DNA of 64,000 nucleotides from an uncultured Chloroflexia bacterium (GCA_963845925.1 CAWJUA010000025.1:175114-239113), one strand, 5' to 3'; counted from the first letter of the stretch, positions 28,075 to 37,619 are shown. Numbers and translations: made by a program. Notes: a model not told the origin generated them from the letters alone.

Positions 28075-29283
28075 CTACAAGCCGGCGACCAGCTGCGCCG
28101 CGAGCGCGCACAGGGCGACGACCGCGATGGGCGGCGCACGGAAGATCGCAAGGGCTCCGAGAGCGACGCCAACGATCGCGACGTCGGCCGTGGTTGCGAC
28201 GGCACCGGTCCAGACCGGCTGGTAGAGCGCCGCGGCCAGCAACCCGACGACCGCGGCGTTGACCCCGCTCAGGGCGCGTCGAACAGGCAGCGACGTCCGC
28301 AGCACACCCCAGAACGGAAGGATGCCGACGAGCAGCAGGAACGAGGGCAGGTAGATCGCAAGCAGCGCGGCAGCGCCACCCGAAACGCCGCCCAGCGGCG
28401 AACCGATCGCCCCGAGGTAGGCGCCGAACGAGAACAGCGGTCCGGGCACCGCCTGCGCGGCGCCGTAGCCGGCAAGGAATCGGTCATCGGGCACCCAGCC
28501 GGGCTGGACGACGCCGGCGTCGAGCAACGGCAGCACGACGTGGCCGCCGCCGAACACGAGCGCGCCCGCCCGGTACAGCGCTCCGAGCATCCCCAGCGCC
28601 GGGTCGACGCCCGCGGCCCGGGTCAGCGGAACGAGGACGAGCAGCCCGGCGAACACAACGACCGCGACCACGGCCAGGCCACGTCGCACCGGCGAGATCG
28701 CCGACACGCCGTCCGCCGACACGCCGTCGGCAGGCGCCGCCTCCCGGAGCGCCAGCCAGCCGACCGCCGCGCCGCCCGCGATGATCGCGATCTGGGCCGC
28801 GGGGTCGGTCCAGAGGACCGCGACCAGCAGCCCCGCGAGCGCGATCAGCTTGCGCGGCCAGTCCGGCGCGAGCGACCCCGCGAGCACGTACACCGCCTGG
28901 GCGACGATCGCGACCGCGGCGAGCTTGAGCCCGTGGACCCAGCCCGCGGTAGCCACGTCACCCGACGACGCAACCAGCGCGAACGCGACGAGCGCGACGG
29001 CCGACGGCAGCGTGAACCCGAGCCATGCCGCCACGCCACCCGCCCACCCGGCCCGCAGCGCGCCGATCGCCATCCCGAGCTGGCTGCTCGTCGGTCCGGG
29101 CAACGACTGGCAGAGGGCGAGGTAGTCGCCGAATGCCCGGTCGTCGAGCCACCGCCGCCGCTCGACGTACTCCCGGCGGAAGTAGCCGATATGGGCGACG
29201 GGGCCACCGAACGACGTCAGCCCGAGTCCAAGGGCGGCCGCGAACACCTCGCCGACGGAACCGCGGGGCGGCGGCGGGCTCAA
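28075..29283 (-). CDS. chrA: Chromate transporter ChrA (two CHR domains)
   Basis: Within ORF 28075..29592, starting at TTG 29283. It contains LGLTSFGGPVAHIGYFRREYVERRRWL..LCQSLPGPTSSQL and a second half ALVFGGGHVVLPLL..YGAAQAVPGPLFSF. The start overlaps the upstream stop as TTGA. Confidence 0.85.
   Translation of the reverse strand: MSPPPPRGSVGEVFAAALGLGLTSFGGPVAHIGYFRREYVERRRWLDDRAFGDYLALCQSLPGPTSSQLGMAIGALRAGWAGGVAAWLGFTLPSAVALVAFALVASSGDVATAGWVHGLKLAAVAIVAQAVYVLAGSLAPDWPRKLIALAGLLVAVLWTDPAAQIAIIAGGAAVGWLALREAAPADGVSADGVSAISPVRRGLAVVAVVVFAGLLVLVPLTRAAGVDPALGMLGALYRAGALVFGGGHVVLPLLDAGVVQPGWVPDDRFLAGYGAAQAVPGPLFSFGAYLGAIGSPLGGVSGGAAALLAIYLPSFLLLVGILPFWGVLRTSLPVRRALSGVNAAVVGLLAAALYQPVWTGAVATTADVAIVGVALGALAIFRAPPIAVVALCALAAQLVAGL
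28701..28730. repeat. 15-nt tandem duplication inside chrA linker
   Basis: CCGACACGCCGTCCG is followed directly by CCGACACGCCGTCGG. On the reverse strand this encodes ADGVS-ADGVS between the two CHR halves. Confidence 0.7.
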
Positions 29284-29684
29284 GCCCCGGCGATCCGCAT
29301 CCGCAGGAACTCGGTCACGCGGTTGAACCGCAGGAAGCCCCGGATCAGCGCCGGCATCTGGCGCTGCTTCGGGTCGACGAACAGCGCAGGCTCCACGAGG
29401 TGGATGTCGCGCCCGCCCGTTCGCAGGTCGCATTCCCCGGCCGCGACGACATTCTTCACCCAGTTCACGTCGGCGCCGTATGTCAGGGCGAACACATACA
29501 AATCGCCGCGGCGGAACGCGTTCAGCGGCGCCCGGTAGGTCTTGCCGCTTGTCCGTCCGCGGTACGTCAGGATGCCGAACCAAGGCAGCCAACCGGCGAA
29601 GCGGCGCGCGAACGGGTTGAACACGTGCGTCGTGAACGGCCGGATGAACCGCATCCGGGTGGCCGGCGCCGGCCTGGTCGTCAT
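29280..29684 (-). CDS. Deazaflavin-dependent nitroreductase-family protein (DUF385 / Ddn-like)
   Basis: ORF 29280..29684 contains THVFNPFARRFAGWLPWFGILTYRGRTSGKTYRAPLNAFRRGDLYVFALTYGADVNWVKNVVAAGECDLRTGGRDIHL. I recognise this block pattern as the F420H2-dependent reductase family. Confidence 0.7.
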   Translation of the reverse strand: MTTRPAPATRMRFIRPFTTHVFNPFARRFAGWLPWFGILTYRGRTSGKTYRAPLNAFRRGDLYVFALTYGADVNWVKNVVAAGECDLRTGGRDIHLVEPALFVDPKQRQMPALIRGFLRFNRVTEFLRMRIAGA

Positions 29685-29776
29685 CGGCCCATTGTCGTCA
29701 TCCGGTCGACATCGAGCCAGCAGCGGCCCGCCCGCGGGTCACACCAGCGTCACGGGCGAGGGCCTACGATCCGGCC

Positions 29777-30511
29777 GTGACCGCCTCGCCGTCCCGTCCG
29801 ATCCTCGTCGTCGACGACGACCCGAAGATCGTCCGACTCGTGCGGACCTACCTCGAGCGAGCCGGCTACCGGGTGACCGAGGCGGCCGACGGCCGGTCCG
29901 CGATCTCGGCGATCGCCCTCGAGATGCCGCTGCTCGTCGTGCTCGACGTCATGCTCCCCGAGGTCGACGGCATCGCGGTTCTCAAGGCCGTCCGGCGGAC
30001 CGATCGGACGCCGGTGATCATCCTCTCGGCGCGGGGTCTCGTCGACGACCGGATCGCGGGCCTCGCGGCGGGCGCCGACGACTACCTGCCCAAACCCTTC
30101 TCCCCGGCCGAGCTGGTCCTCCGCGTCCAACGAATCCTCGAGCGCGCCGGGAACGACGCCGCCCCGACGGCGACCGACCACGAGCCGATCCGCCACGGCG
30201 ACCTCGTCCTCGACCGCGAACGCCACGAGGTCCGCGTCCGCGACCGGCCCGTCGCGCTGACCGCGGTCGAGTTCCGGTTGCTCGCGACGCTGCTCGAGGC
30301 CGACGGCCGCGTCCTGACCCGCGACCAGCTGCTCGACGCGGTCTACGGCCAGGACGAGTCCGAGATCCTCGATCGGACCGTCGACGTCCACATCGGGCGG
30401 CTCCGGGACAAGCTCGGCGACGACGCCGACGCTCCGCGGTACGTCGCGACGGTGCGCGGCGTCGGCTACCGGGCGGCGCCGGTGGCCGCGGAAGGCGGCA
30501 ACCGGCGGTGA
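29777..30511 (+). CDS. OmpR-family response regulator
   Basis: ORF 29777..30511 (GTG start). The receiver reads ILVVDDDPKIV..VVLDVMLPEVDG..DDYLPKPF. The winged-helix output reads LTAVEFRLLATLLEADGRVLTRDQLL..TVDVHIGRLRDKL..VRGVGYR. Confidence 0.9.
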   Translation: MTASPSRPILVVDDDPKIVRLVRTYLERAGYRVTEAADGRSAISAIALEMPLLVVLDVMLPEVDGIAVLKAVRRTDRTPVIILSARGLVDDRIAGLAAGADDYLPKPFSPAELVLRVQRILERAGNDAAPTATDHEPIRHGDLVLDRERHEVRVRDRPVALTAVEFRLLATLLEADGRVLTRDQLLDAVYGQDESEILDRTVDVHIGRLRDKLGDDADAPRYVATVRGVGYRAAPVAAEGGNRR

Positions 30512-31578
30512 TGGGGCGACCGGGCGGGATCGCGGTCAGGATCGCCCTCGCGGCGCTGGTCGTCGCCGGCGTCGCGATCGCGATCCTCGCGGCCGGCGTG
30601 ATGATCGTCGGCAGCCGCTCGTTCGCCGACCTGATGGCCGAGCACGGGACCGACACCGCGTCGAGCCAGGCGATGTTCGAGGACGCGATCGGCTGGGTCG
30701 TCCTGGGCACGGTCGCGATCGGCGCCGTGGTGGCGATCGTCGTGGCCGTCATCCTGGGCAACCGCCTGGCGCGGCCGCTGCGCGAGATCAGCCAGGGGGC
30801 GCGGGCGATCGCCGACGGCGACTACGGCGCCCGGATCCCGCGGCAGGGCCCCGAGGAGTTCGTCAGCCTCGCCGACTCGTTCAACCAGATGGCGGCCGCG
30901 CTCGAGGAGCAGGAGCGGATGCGGCGGGAGTTCATCGCGAACGCCGCCCACGAGCTGCGGACGCCGCTGACGAACCTCCAGGGCTATCTCGAGGCGCTGC
31001 GCGACGGCGTCATCGAGCCCGACCCGGCGACGTTCGAATCCCTCTGGGAGGAGGCGGAGCGGCTCGTCCGGCTGTCGCGGTCCCTCGACACGCTGGCCGC
31101 CGGCGACGCCGGGGTCCCGTCGGCGCTGGCCGAGGTCGACCTCGCCGCGATCGTGCGCTCGGCGGTCGAGCTCGCCCGGCCGGCCCTCATCGCCGCCGAG
31201 CTGACGATCGAGGTCGACATCCCGGAGCGGCTTCCCGCGAGAGGCGACCCCGACCAGCTCGCCCAGGTCGTCGGCAACCTCCTCCAGAACGCGACGCGCT
31301 ACACGCCGCCCGGCGGACGGGTCGGCCTGCGGGCGGAGCGTCGCCCCGACGACGTGCTCGTCTCGGTGACGAACACCGGCGCCGGCATCCCGCCCGACGA
31401 CCTGTCGCACGTGTTCGAACGGTTCTACCGGGTCGAGAAGTCCCGCGACAGGGCACGCGGCGGCGCCGGGATCGGGCTCGCGATCGTCCGCCAGCTCGTC
31501 GAGGCGGCGGGCGGCGCGGTCGGCGCGGAGTCGCGCGACGGTCTGACCCGCTTCTGGTTCAGCGTCCCGCCTGCCTGA
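30511..31578 (+). CDS. Sensor histidine kinase (two TM helices, HAMP, HisKA, HATPase)
   Basis: Last 355 codons of ORF 29542..31578, starting at ATG 30511 (TGATG junction with the regulator stop). It has the H-box FIANAAHELRTPLT, the N-box GNLLQNATRY and G-boxes TNTGAGI and GGAGIGLAIV. Confidence 0.9.
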   Translation: MGRPGGIAVRIALAALVVAGVAIAILAAGVMIVGSRSFADLMAEHGTDTASSQAMFEDAIGWVVLGTVAIGAVVAIVVAVILGNRLARPLREISQGARAIADGDYGARIPRQGPEEFVSLADSFNQMAAALEEQERMRREFIANAAHELRTPLTNLQGYLEALRDGVIEPDPATFESLWEEAERLVRLSRSLDTLAAGDAGVPSALAEVDLAAIVRSAVELARPALIAAELTIEVDIPERLPARGDPDQLAQVVGNLLQNATRYTPPGGRVGLRAERRPDDVLVSVTNTGAGIPPDDLSHVFERFYRVEKSRDRARGGAGIGLAIVRQLVEAAGGAVGAESRDGLTRFWFSVPPA

Positions 31579-31775
31579 TCGCGGCCATCGCCGGAGTTAG
31601 ATCGGGCGGGTCTTCGCCGAGCGTCAGTGGTTCGAGCGGGCCGAGTCGAGCCTGCTGGCGGTGCCGGCCTGGCAAGCGCGCGGGTGCTCGGCGGCGTCGA
31701 ACAAGTGATCGACGCGCGGTCCACACTGGGATCGCCGCGGGGATACGGCGAAGCCGGAAGGCGGGCCGCAGCGAC

Positions 31776-32332
31776 ATGAGCACCGGAGACGTTCTCCTCG
31801 CGATGCGTGGCGACGCACGATGCGTTCGCCGCGCTGATCGGCGCCGCGTCGAACCGGCTCTACGCGCTGGCCTGCCTGATCCTCCGCGATTTCGGACCGC
31901 GCCGAGGACGCGACCCAGGAGGCCTTCGTCCGGGCCTGGCGCGAGATCCCGAGGCTGCGCGACGCGGAACGCTTCGACGCCTGGCTCCGGCGGCTCGTCG
32001 TGAATGCCTGCTACGACGAGGCGCGCCGGGTGCGCCGCCGAGCCGAGGTCTCGCTGATCAGCGTCGGCGAGCGGGCGACGGTCGACACCTCGTCGGCGAT
32101 GGCGGAGTCCGATCGCGTCGAGCGTGCGTTCCGCCAGATCCCGCTCGATCAGCGGACGGTGCTCGCCCTGCAGCACTACCTCGACCTGAGCCACACGGAG
32201 ATCGCGGAGACGCTGGACCTCCCGCTCGGCACCGTGAAATCGAGACTGCGATACGGCGTCGCGGCCATGCGCGCGGCGCTGGAATCGGACGATCGGGCGA
32301 CGCTGGTCGCGATCGCCGGGAGATCGGCATGA
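31776..32332 (+). pseudogene. ECF-type RNA polymerase sigma factor, two frameshifts
   Basis: MSTGDVLLAMRGD starts at ATG 31776 in frame 3. DAFAALIGAASNRLYALACLILRD follows in frame 1. RAEDATQEAFVRAWREIPRLRDAERFDAWLRRLVVNACYDE..LDLSHTEIAETLDLPLGTVKSRLRYG follows in frame 2 (ORF 32000..32332). The junctions lie near 31819 and in the TTT run at 31890-31892. Confidence 0.8.
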
Positions 32333-33591
32333 GCGAGCGACGAACGGATCGCGACGTCGGACCAGACGCTGGATGCCTGGATGAGCGCGGTCGCCCCGCC
32401 TCGGGCACCCGCCCGGCTCCTCGAGGGGACGTTCGCCGAGACGATGCGGAGCCGCCAGAAGCGAGCGTACCCGTGGCACCGGGTCGCGCCGGGGCGCCTG
32501 TGGCCGGCCTCGCGGTCGTCCGGCCGATTCGTCGCGGTCCTGCTCGCCGGACTGCTCCTCCTGGCGGTGGCGGCCGGGATGTTCGGCGGCGGATCGCAGC
32601 TGACAGTGCCGCCGAGCCCGAGCGCGACGCCATCGGCCAGCCCGGTCCTCCGCGCCGCGCCTCGGCCTCGCCACCGACGCCAAGCCCGATCCCGATCACC
32701 CCGGAGGGCGCGGTTCCGGTGGACGCGCCCATCGCCATGGTCGCGGACGGCCCGAATCTCTGGGTCCTCGCCCCCGGCCGGCTCGACCGGATCGACTCGC
32801 TCGCCAACGCGGTCACGGGCTCGATCCCGCTGGGGCCGGCATCGCATCTGTACAACGGCGTGGCGGCGAACGCCGACGGCCTGTGGGCCACGGACTGGGA
32901 TGGATCGGTCGTCGATCGCGCCGATCCCGCGACGCTCAAGGTGGTCGAGGCGATCCCCGTCAAGTCGGCGCCGAAGGGCGTCCTGGCGACCGATGCCGGC
33001 GTGTGGGTCGCGCTCACCCACGAGGGCACCGTCGTCCGGATCGACCCGGCGACGAACAAGGTCGTTGCGACGGTCACCGTCGGCCTGAGCGGCCCGAGTG
33101 GGCCGAACTGGCTCGCGAGCGGGCTCGGCAGCATCTGGGTCGACGTGCCGAACAATGCGACGGTCGCCCGGATCAGCCCCGAGACCGACGACGTCCAGGC
33201 CACGATCCCGATGCCGTACCCGGTCGTCGCGTGCGGTGGCATCGGCGTCGGGACGAGCGCGGTCTGGATCACGAGCTGCTCGGCCGGCAACCTGATGACC
33301 CGGACCGATCCGGCGTCGAACCGGGTCGTCGCGACCCTCGATCTGGGCGGCCAGGGGTTCCTGCCGTTGATGATCGACGACCGGCCGTGGATCTCGGTCG
33401 ACACCGGCACCCCGGACGGCGGGTTCATCGCCCGGATCGACCCCGCGACGAATCTGGTCGACCGCGTCCTGTCGCCCGGCCCGAGCTTCGGTGGCGGCGG
33501 TGACATGGCCATCGCGGCCGGGTCGGTCTGGGTTGTCGACGGCTACCACAACTCGGTGATCCGTCTGCCGATGTCGGCCTTCGGGCCCTGA
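32329..33591 (+). pseudogene. Anti-sigma-like membrane protein with C-terminal beta-propeller repeats, two frameshifts
   Basis: ATG 32329 overlaps the sigma-factor stop as ATGA. LDAWMSAVAPPRAPARLLEGTFAETMRSRQKRAYPWHR and the TM helix FVAVLLAGLLLLAVAAGMF are in ORF 32381..33088. The repeat domain (VVRIDPATNKVVATVTVG, ATVARISPETDDVQATIPM, LMTRTDPASNRVVATLDLG, FIARIDPATNLVDRVL) is in ORF 31807..33591. Confidence 0.65.
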
Positions 33592-33688
33592 CGTCGCGGC
33601 GGCGACGTGGGATAGATCCAAAGCCGCCCCGGCCGGCGTCAGTGGGGCAGACCGTCAGCTCACCGGGGCGCTCGTGAGGGAACGTGCC

Positions 33689-34818
33689 ATGGCAGATCGT
33701 CGATTTGTCGCGGTGCTATCGGCCGCCCTGGTGGTCGTCGGGGCGTGTGCCGGCCCGTCGGCGGCCGCGTTGAGCTCCGCCGGGGCGCGAGCCCCGGCCC
33801 GTCCGCGGCCGTTTCGAGCCCCGTCGCCGGCGGAGCCTCAGCCCGGCCGCGCTGCGTCGTCGGCGTCGCGTGGAACGATCTCCGCGGCGAGCGCTGGGCC
33901 AAGTGGGACGAGCCGGCCCTGAAGGCGGCTCTCGCGAGCGCGGGCGCGACGTACGTGAAGGCCGACGCGACGTCAGTCGGCCGAGCAGCAGACGTCGGAC
34001 ATCGAGCGCCTGATCTCGGGCGGCGCCAGGGTCCTGATCGTCGTGGCCCAGGACGGAACGGCCGTCAAACCGGCCGTCGCCGACGCGATCAAGCGCGGCG
34101 TGCCGGTCATCGCCTACGACCGTCTGATCGACGACCCGAGGACGCTGTACATCTCGTTCGACAACGTCGAGGTCGGGCGGATGCAGGCGAGGTCCGTCCT
34201 CGCCGCCAAGCCGGCGGGCAACTACGCCTTCATCAAGGGCGACCGCGGGGACGCCAACGCCGACTTCGTGCGGGCGGGTCAGGAGGAGATCATCGGCCCG
34301 GCGCTGAAGTCCGGCCCCATCAGGAACGTCGGCGAGACGTACACGGACAACTGGGATCCGCCGACTGCTCGCCTGGCGATCGCCCAGATGCTGACCGATC
34401 CAAGGGCAAGCTGGACGCCGTGCTCGCGGAGAACGACGGCCTCGCGGAGGGTGTGATCAACGCGCTCGCCGACCACGGCCTCGCCGGCAAGGTCGCGTGT
34501 CCGGTGAGGACGGCGACATGGTCGGGCTCAAGAAAGTCGCCCTCGGCACGCAGCTGGTCGACGTCTGGAAGGACGAGCGGACCCTCGCCAAGACAGCCAG
34601 CGAGGCCGCGGCCCAGCTGTGCGACGGCGTCGCGGTCGACAAGGTCGGCGGGGTGAAGCCCTTCATGACGCCGGCCGGGACGGACGCTCAGCTCGATCCT
34701 GCTCAAGCCCGATCCGATCATGAGCGCCGATCTGCAGCGCGTCGTCGACGCGGGTTGGATCACGGTTGCGGATCTCTGTCAGGGCGTCGTGCCGGGTTCC
34801 CAGCCAATCTGCCGATAG
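33689..34818 (+). pseudogene. Sugar (xylose/ribose-type) ABC substrate-binding lipoprotein, about five frameshifts
   Basis: The lipoprotein signal is MADRRFVAVLSAALVVVGACAG. The periplasmic-binding blocks are spread over three frames:
- VVGVAWNDLRGERWAKWDEPALKAAL;
- SAEQQTSDIERLISGGARVLIVVAQDGTAVKPAVADAIKRGVPVIAYDRLI..FIKGDRGDANADF;
- KLDAVLAENDGLAEGVINAL;
- VSGEDGDMVGLKKVALGTQLVDVWKD;
- ILLKPDPIMSADLQRVVDAGWITVADLC, with stop at 34818.
There is no adjacent permease or ATPase gene. Confidence 0.7.
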
Positions 34819-34990
34819 CGGTCGCGCCCAGAACGATCCGAGGACCAGGATCGCTCCCGGTTCTCGTCGCGCATGAGCATCAAGACGCCCGGCAATGCAC
34901 GCAATTCCTCGAAGGCTCACACTCGGATCACGGGTGGGGTTGGGCCGCGGCGACGGGCTGCGGCGACAGGCAGTGGAGGCAGCCAGCCGC

Positions 34991-36667
34991 GTGACCGCAC
35001 TCGTCCTCGGCCCGCTCCTGCGGCACGTCGGCGCGCGGGACGCGACGATCTGGGTGGAGACGAGCGCCGCGTGCGCCGTCGAGGTCCGGGCGGGCGCCGC
35101 GACGGCCACGGATCGGACCTTTCACGTCGCCGGCCATCACTACGCGATCGTCGCGATCGACGGGCTCGATCCGGGCTCGGCGACACCGTACGAGGTCCTG
35201 TTGAACGGCGAGCGCGCCTGGCCGTCCGACACGACCCGGCCGCCGAGCCGGATCCGGACGCTCGATCCGGGCCGCCCGCTGCGGCTCGCGTTCGGGTCGT
35301 GCCGCGAGCCGGCGACGCGCGGCCACGTCCGCGGCATCGATCCCGACGTCCTCGTGGCGTTCGCCCAACGGCTGACCCGCGCCGGCGAGGACGAGTGGCC
35401 CAGCGCGCTTCTGCTGGTCGGCGACCAGGTCTACGCGGACGACACGTCGCCCGCGATGCGGGCCGGAATCCGCCGGCGCCGCGACCCCTCGAAGCCGCCC
35501 AGGTACGAGGTGGCGGACTTCGAGGAGTACACCCAGCTCTACCGCGAGGCGTGGAGCGAGCCCGTCATCCGCTGGCTCTTCTCGACCGTGCCCGTCTCGA
35601 TGATCTTCGACGACCACGACATCCGCGACGACTGGAACACGTCGGAGAGGTGGCGCCGCGACATGCAGGCGACCGACTGGTGGGAGGAGCGGATCACCGG
35701 CGGGCTGATGTCGTACTGGATCTACCAGCACCTCGGCAACCTGAGTCCCGCCGGCCTCGCCGCCGACGACACCCTCCGGAAGGTCCGCGCGGTGGACGAT
35801 GCCGAAACCCTCCTGCGGGCCTTCGCCCAGCATGCCGACCGCGAAGCCGACGGCGCGAAGGGCACGATGTGGTCGTACCGGCGCGACCTCGGGCGGGTGC
35901 GGCTGCTGGTCATCGACTCGCGCTGCGGGCGGATCCTCGACAACGACCGCCGGTCGATGGTCGGCGACGAGGAGTTCGAGTGGATCGAACGGGCCGTCGC
36001 GGACGGCGACTACGACCATCTCGTCGTCGGGACGTCGCTGCCGTGGCTGCTGCCGCGGGCGCTCCACGAGATCGAGTCGTGGGACGAGGCCCTCGCCCGG
36101 TCGTCACGCGGCCGGCTGGTCGCGGGCTTCGGGGAGTGGCTGCGACGTGCCCTCGACCTCGAACACTGGGCGGCGTTCCGGGCGTCGTTCGACCGCCTGA
36201 CCAGGCTGTTCGGCCGGATCGGGCGGGGCGAGCACGGGGCCCGGCCGCCGGCGTCGATCTGCGTCCTGAGCGGCGACGTCCACCACACGTACACCGCCGT
36301 CGCGGCCTACCCCGATCAGCCCGAGTCGAAGGTCGTCCAGATCACCTGCTCGCCGTTCCACAACACGATCCCGCTGCCGATGCGGATCGTGTTCCGCTTC
36401 GGCTGGAGCTCGAAGATGGAGTTCGTGATGAAGGCCGTCACCCGGCTCTCCGGGGTGCCCGCCCTGCCGATCCACTGGCACCATCCCAGCGGCCCCGACT
36501 TCGGCAACGCGATCGCGACGCTCATCCTCGACGGGCGGGACGCCCGGTTGCTCCTCGAGCGGTCGGTCGCGCCCGACGGCGGGGGCGACGACGCCCCCGA
36601 CGACGAGGCGGAGCTCAAGACGCTCGTGGAGCTCAACCTGACCGATCTGCCCCAGCCAACGGTGTAG
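34991..36667 (+). CDS. PhoD-like alkaline phosphatase family protein
   Basis: ORF 34895..36667. I take the start at GTG 34991 (VTALVLGPLLRHVGARDATIWVET), which has GGAGG 11 nt upstream. It has metallophosphatase blocks LLVGDQVYADD, IFDDHDIRDDWN and VLSGDVHHTY. The frame is intact. Confidence 0.75.
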   Translation: MTALVLGPLLRHVGARDATIWVETSAACAVEVRAGAATATDRTFHVAGHHYAIVAIDGLDPGSATPYEVLLNGERAWPSDTTRPPSRIRTLDPGRPLRLAFGSCREPATRGHVRGIDPDVLVAFAQRLTRAGEDEWPSALLLVGDQVYADDTSPAMRAGIRRRRDPSKPPRYEVADFEEYTQLYREAWSEPVIRWLFSTVPVSMIFDDHDIRDDWNTSERWRRDMQATDWWEERITGGLMSYWIYQHLGNLSPAGLAADDTLRKVRAVDDAETLLRAFAQHADREADGAKGTMWSYRRDLGRVRLLVIDSRCGRILDNDRRSMVGDEEFEWIERAVADGDYDHLVVGTSLPWLLPRALHEIESWDEALARSSRGRLVAGFGEWLRRALDLEHWAAFRASFDRLTRLFGRIGRGEHGARPPASICVLSGDVHHTYTAVAAYPDQPESKVVQITCSPFHNTIPLPMRIVFRFGWSSKMEFVMKAVTRLSGVPALPIHWHHPSGPDFGNAIATLILDGRDARLLLERSVAPDGGGDDAPDDEAELKTLVELNLTDLPQPTV

Positions 36668-36782
36668 CGCCCCTCGAGATGGACGGCTCGTTGTTCCGAG
36701 CTTGCAACGCCCGATCCCCCCGGTCGAGTCGCGTTCGACCCGGTCGCCCGGCATCGTGGCGGCCATGACCACGGAACTTTCG

Positions 36783-36857
36783 CCGGCGCCTGCCGGACCG
36801 GCGCCCGGCGGGCCAGCGCCTGGCGGACCGACGCCCACCGGACCGGCACCTGCCGGA
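36783..36857 (+). repeat. Five tandem 15-nt units encoding (PAPxG)5
   Basis: The units are CCGGCGCCTGCCGGA, CCGGCGCCCGGCGGG, CCAGCGCCTGGCGGA, CCGACGCCCACCGGA and CCGGCACCTGCCGGA. They are in frame with ATG 36765 and encode PAPAG-PAPGG-PAPGG-PTPTG-PAPAG. Confidence 0.85.
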
Positions 36858-36973
36858 TCGAGGCGCGCGCCGCGGGCGCGGACCCGGCCCGCGACGCGGA
36901 TTCCCAGCGCGTCGACGCGACGGCCATCGCCTGGGCGCTCCTCGCGGTCCTCGGCCTCGCCGGCTTCGTCGCG

Positions 36974-37585
36974 ATGACGGTCTTGACGTTCAACCACTTC
37001 GTCTGGGCGTTCGACCAGCCGCTGCTCGCGCAGGCCCGCCAGTGGGCCGGCGACGGGACGATCTGGCGGGTGATCTCCGAGTCGGCCAACATCCCGCTGA
37101 TCGTGATCGGCGTCGGCCTCGTCGTGGTCCTCTTCGTCAAGGGCCATCGCCGGGAGGCGGTCGTTGCGGCGCTCGTGCTGATCGCGGTAACCGCCGGAAG
37201 CGAGGGCGTGAAGCAGCTCGTAGCACGGCCCCGGCCTGAGGGCACCGACCCGAACATCCCCGGCGTCGTCTACAGCTATCCGTCGGGGCACGTCCTCGAG
37301 GCGCTGACGATCTTCGGCATCATCGTGATCGAGCTTGCCCGGGCGAACGCGCCCCGGATCCTGATCGCGATCCTCTCGATCGCGGTCGTCGTCGACGCGC
37401 TGCTCGTCGGGCTGGCGCGGGTCGCCCTCAACGCTCACTACCCCAGCGACGCGCTGGCCTCGTTGCTCGCCGGAGCCGGCGTCCTCGGCGTCTACGTGCT
37501 CCTGACCCGCCGCCGCGATCCGGACGCCCACGAGGCGGCCGACGCCGGCGGTCGGACGGCCACATCCTCCCCCGCCCCACCGTGA
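36974..37585 (+). CDS. PAP2-family lipid phosphate phosphatase (minimum ORF; N-terminus probably longer)
   Basis: ORF 36974..37585 has the PAP2 motifs KQLVARPRP, YPSGH and ARVALNAHYPSD. Upstream, in the same frame but without a start codon, lies a TM-like AIAWALLAVLGLAGFVA. ATG 36765 (MTTELSPAPAGP...) is in another frame. This suggests a frameshift just after the repeat. Confidence 0.75.
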   Translation: MTVLTFNHFVWAFDQPLLAQARQWAGDGTIWRVISESANIPLIVIGVGLVVVLFVKGHRREAVVAALVLIAVTAGSEGVKQLVARPRPEGTDPNIPGVVYSYPSGHVLEALTIFGIIVIELARANAPRILIAILSIAVVVDALLVGLARVALNAHYPSDALASLLAGAGVLGVYVLLTRRRDPDAHEAADAGGRTATSSPAPP

Positions 37586-37619
37586 CCCCGGATCGAGTCC
37601 GGCGCCCGTCGCGGCGCCG

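Noticed and set aside
25680-34000. Possible genomic island integrated at tRNA-His
   Set aside because: I found no integrase or recombinase, no obvious direct repeat of the tRNA 3' end downstream in the stretches I read, and no compositional break. The genes that follow are ordinary accessory metabolism and signalling genes.
34819-34990. PHO-box (PhoP direct repeats) upstream of the PhoD-like gene
   Set aside because: There is only one weak GGTTCTCGTCG-like unit and no tandem 11-nt repeat arrangement. That is not enough to call.
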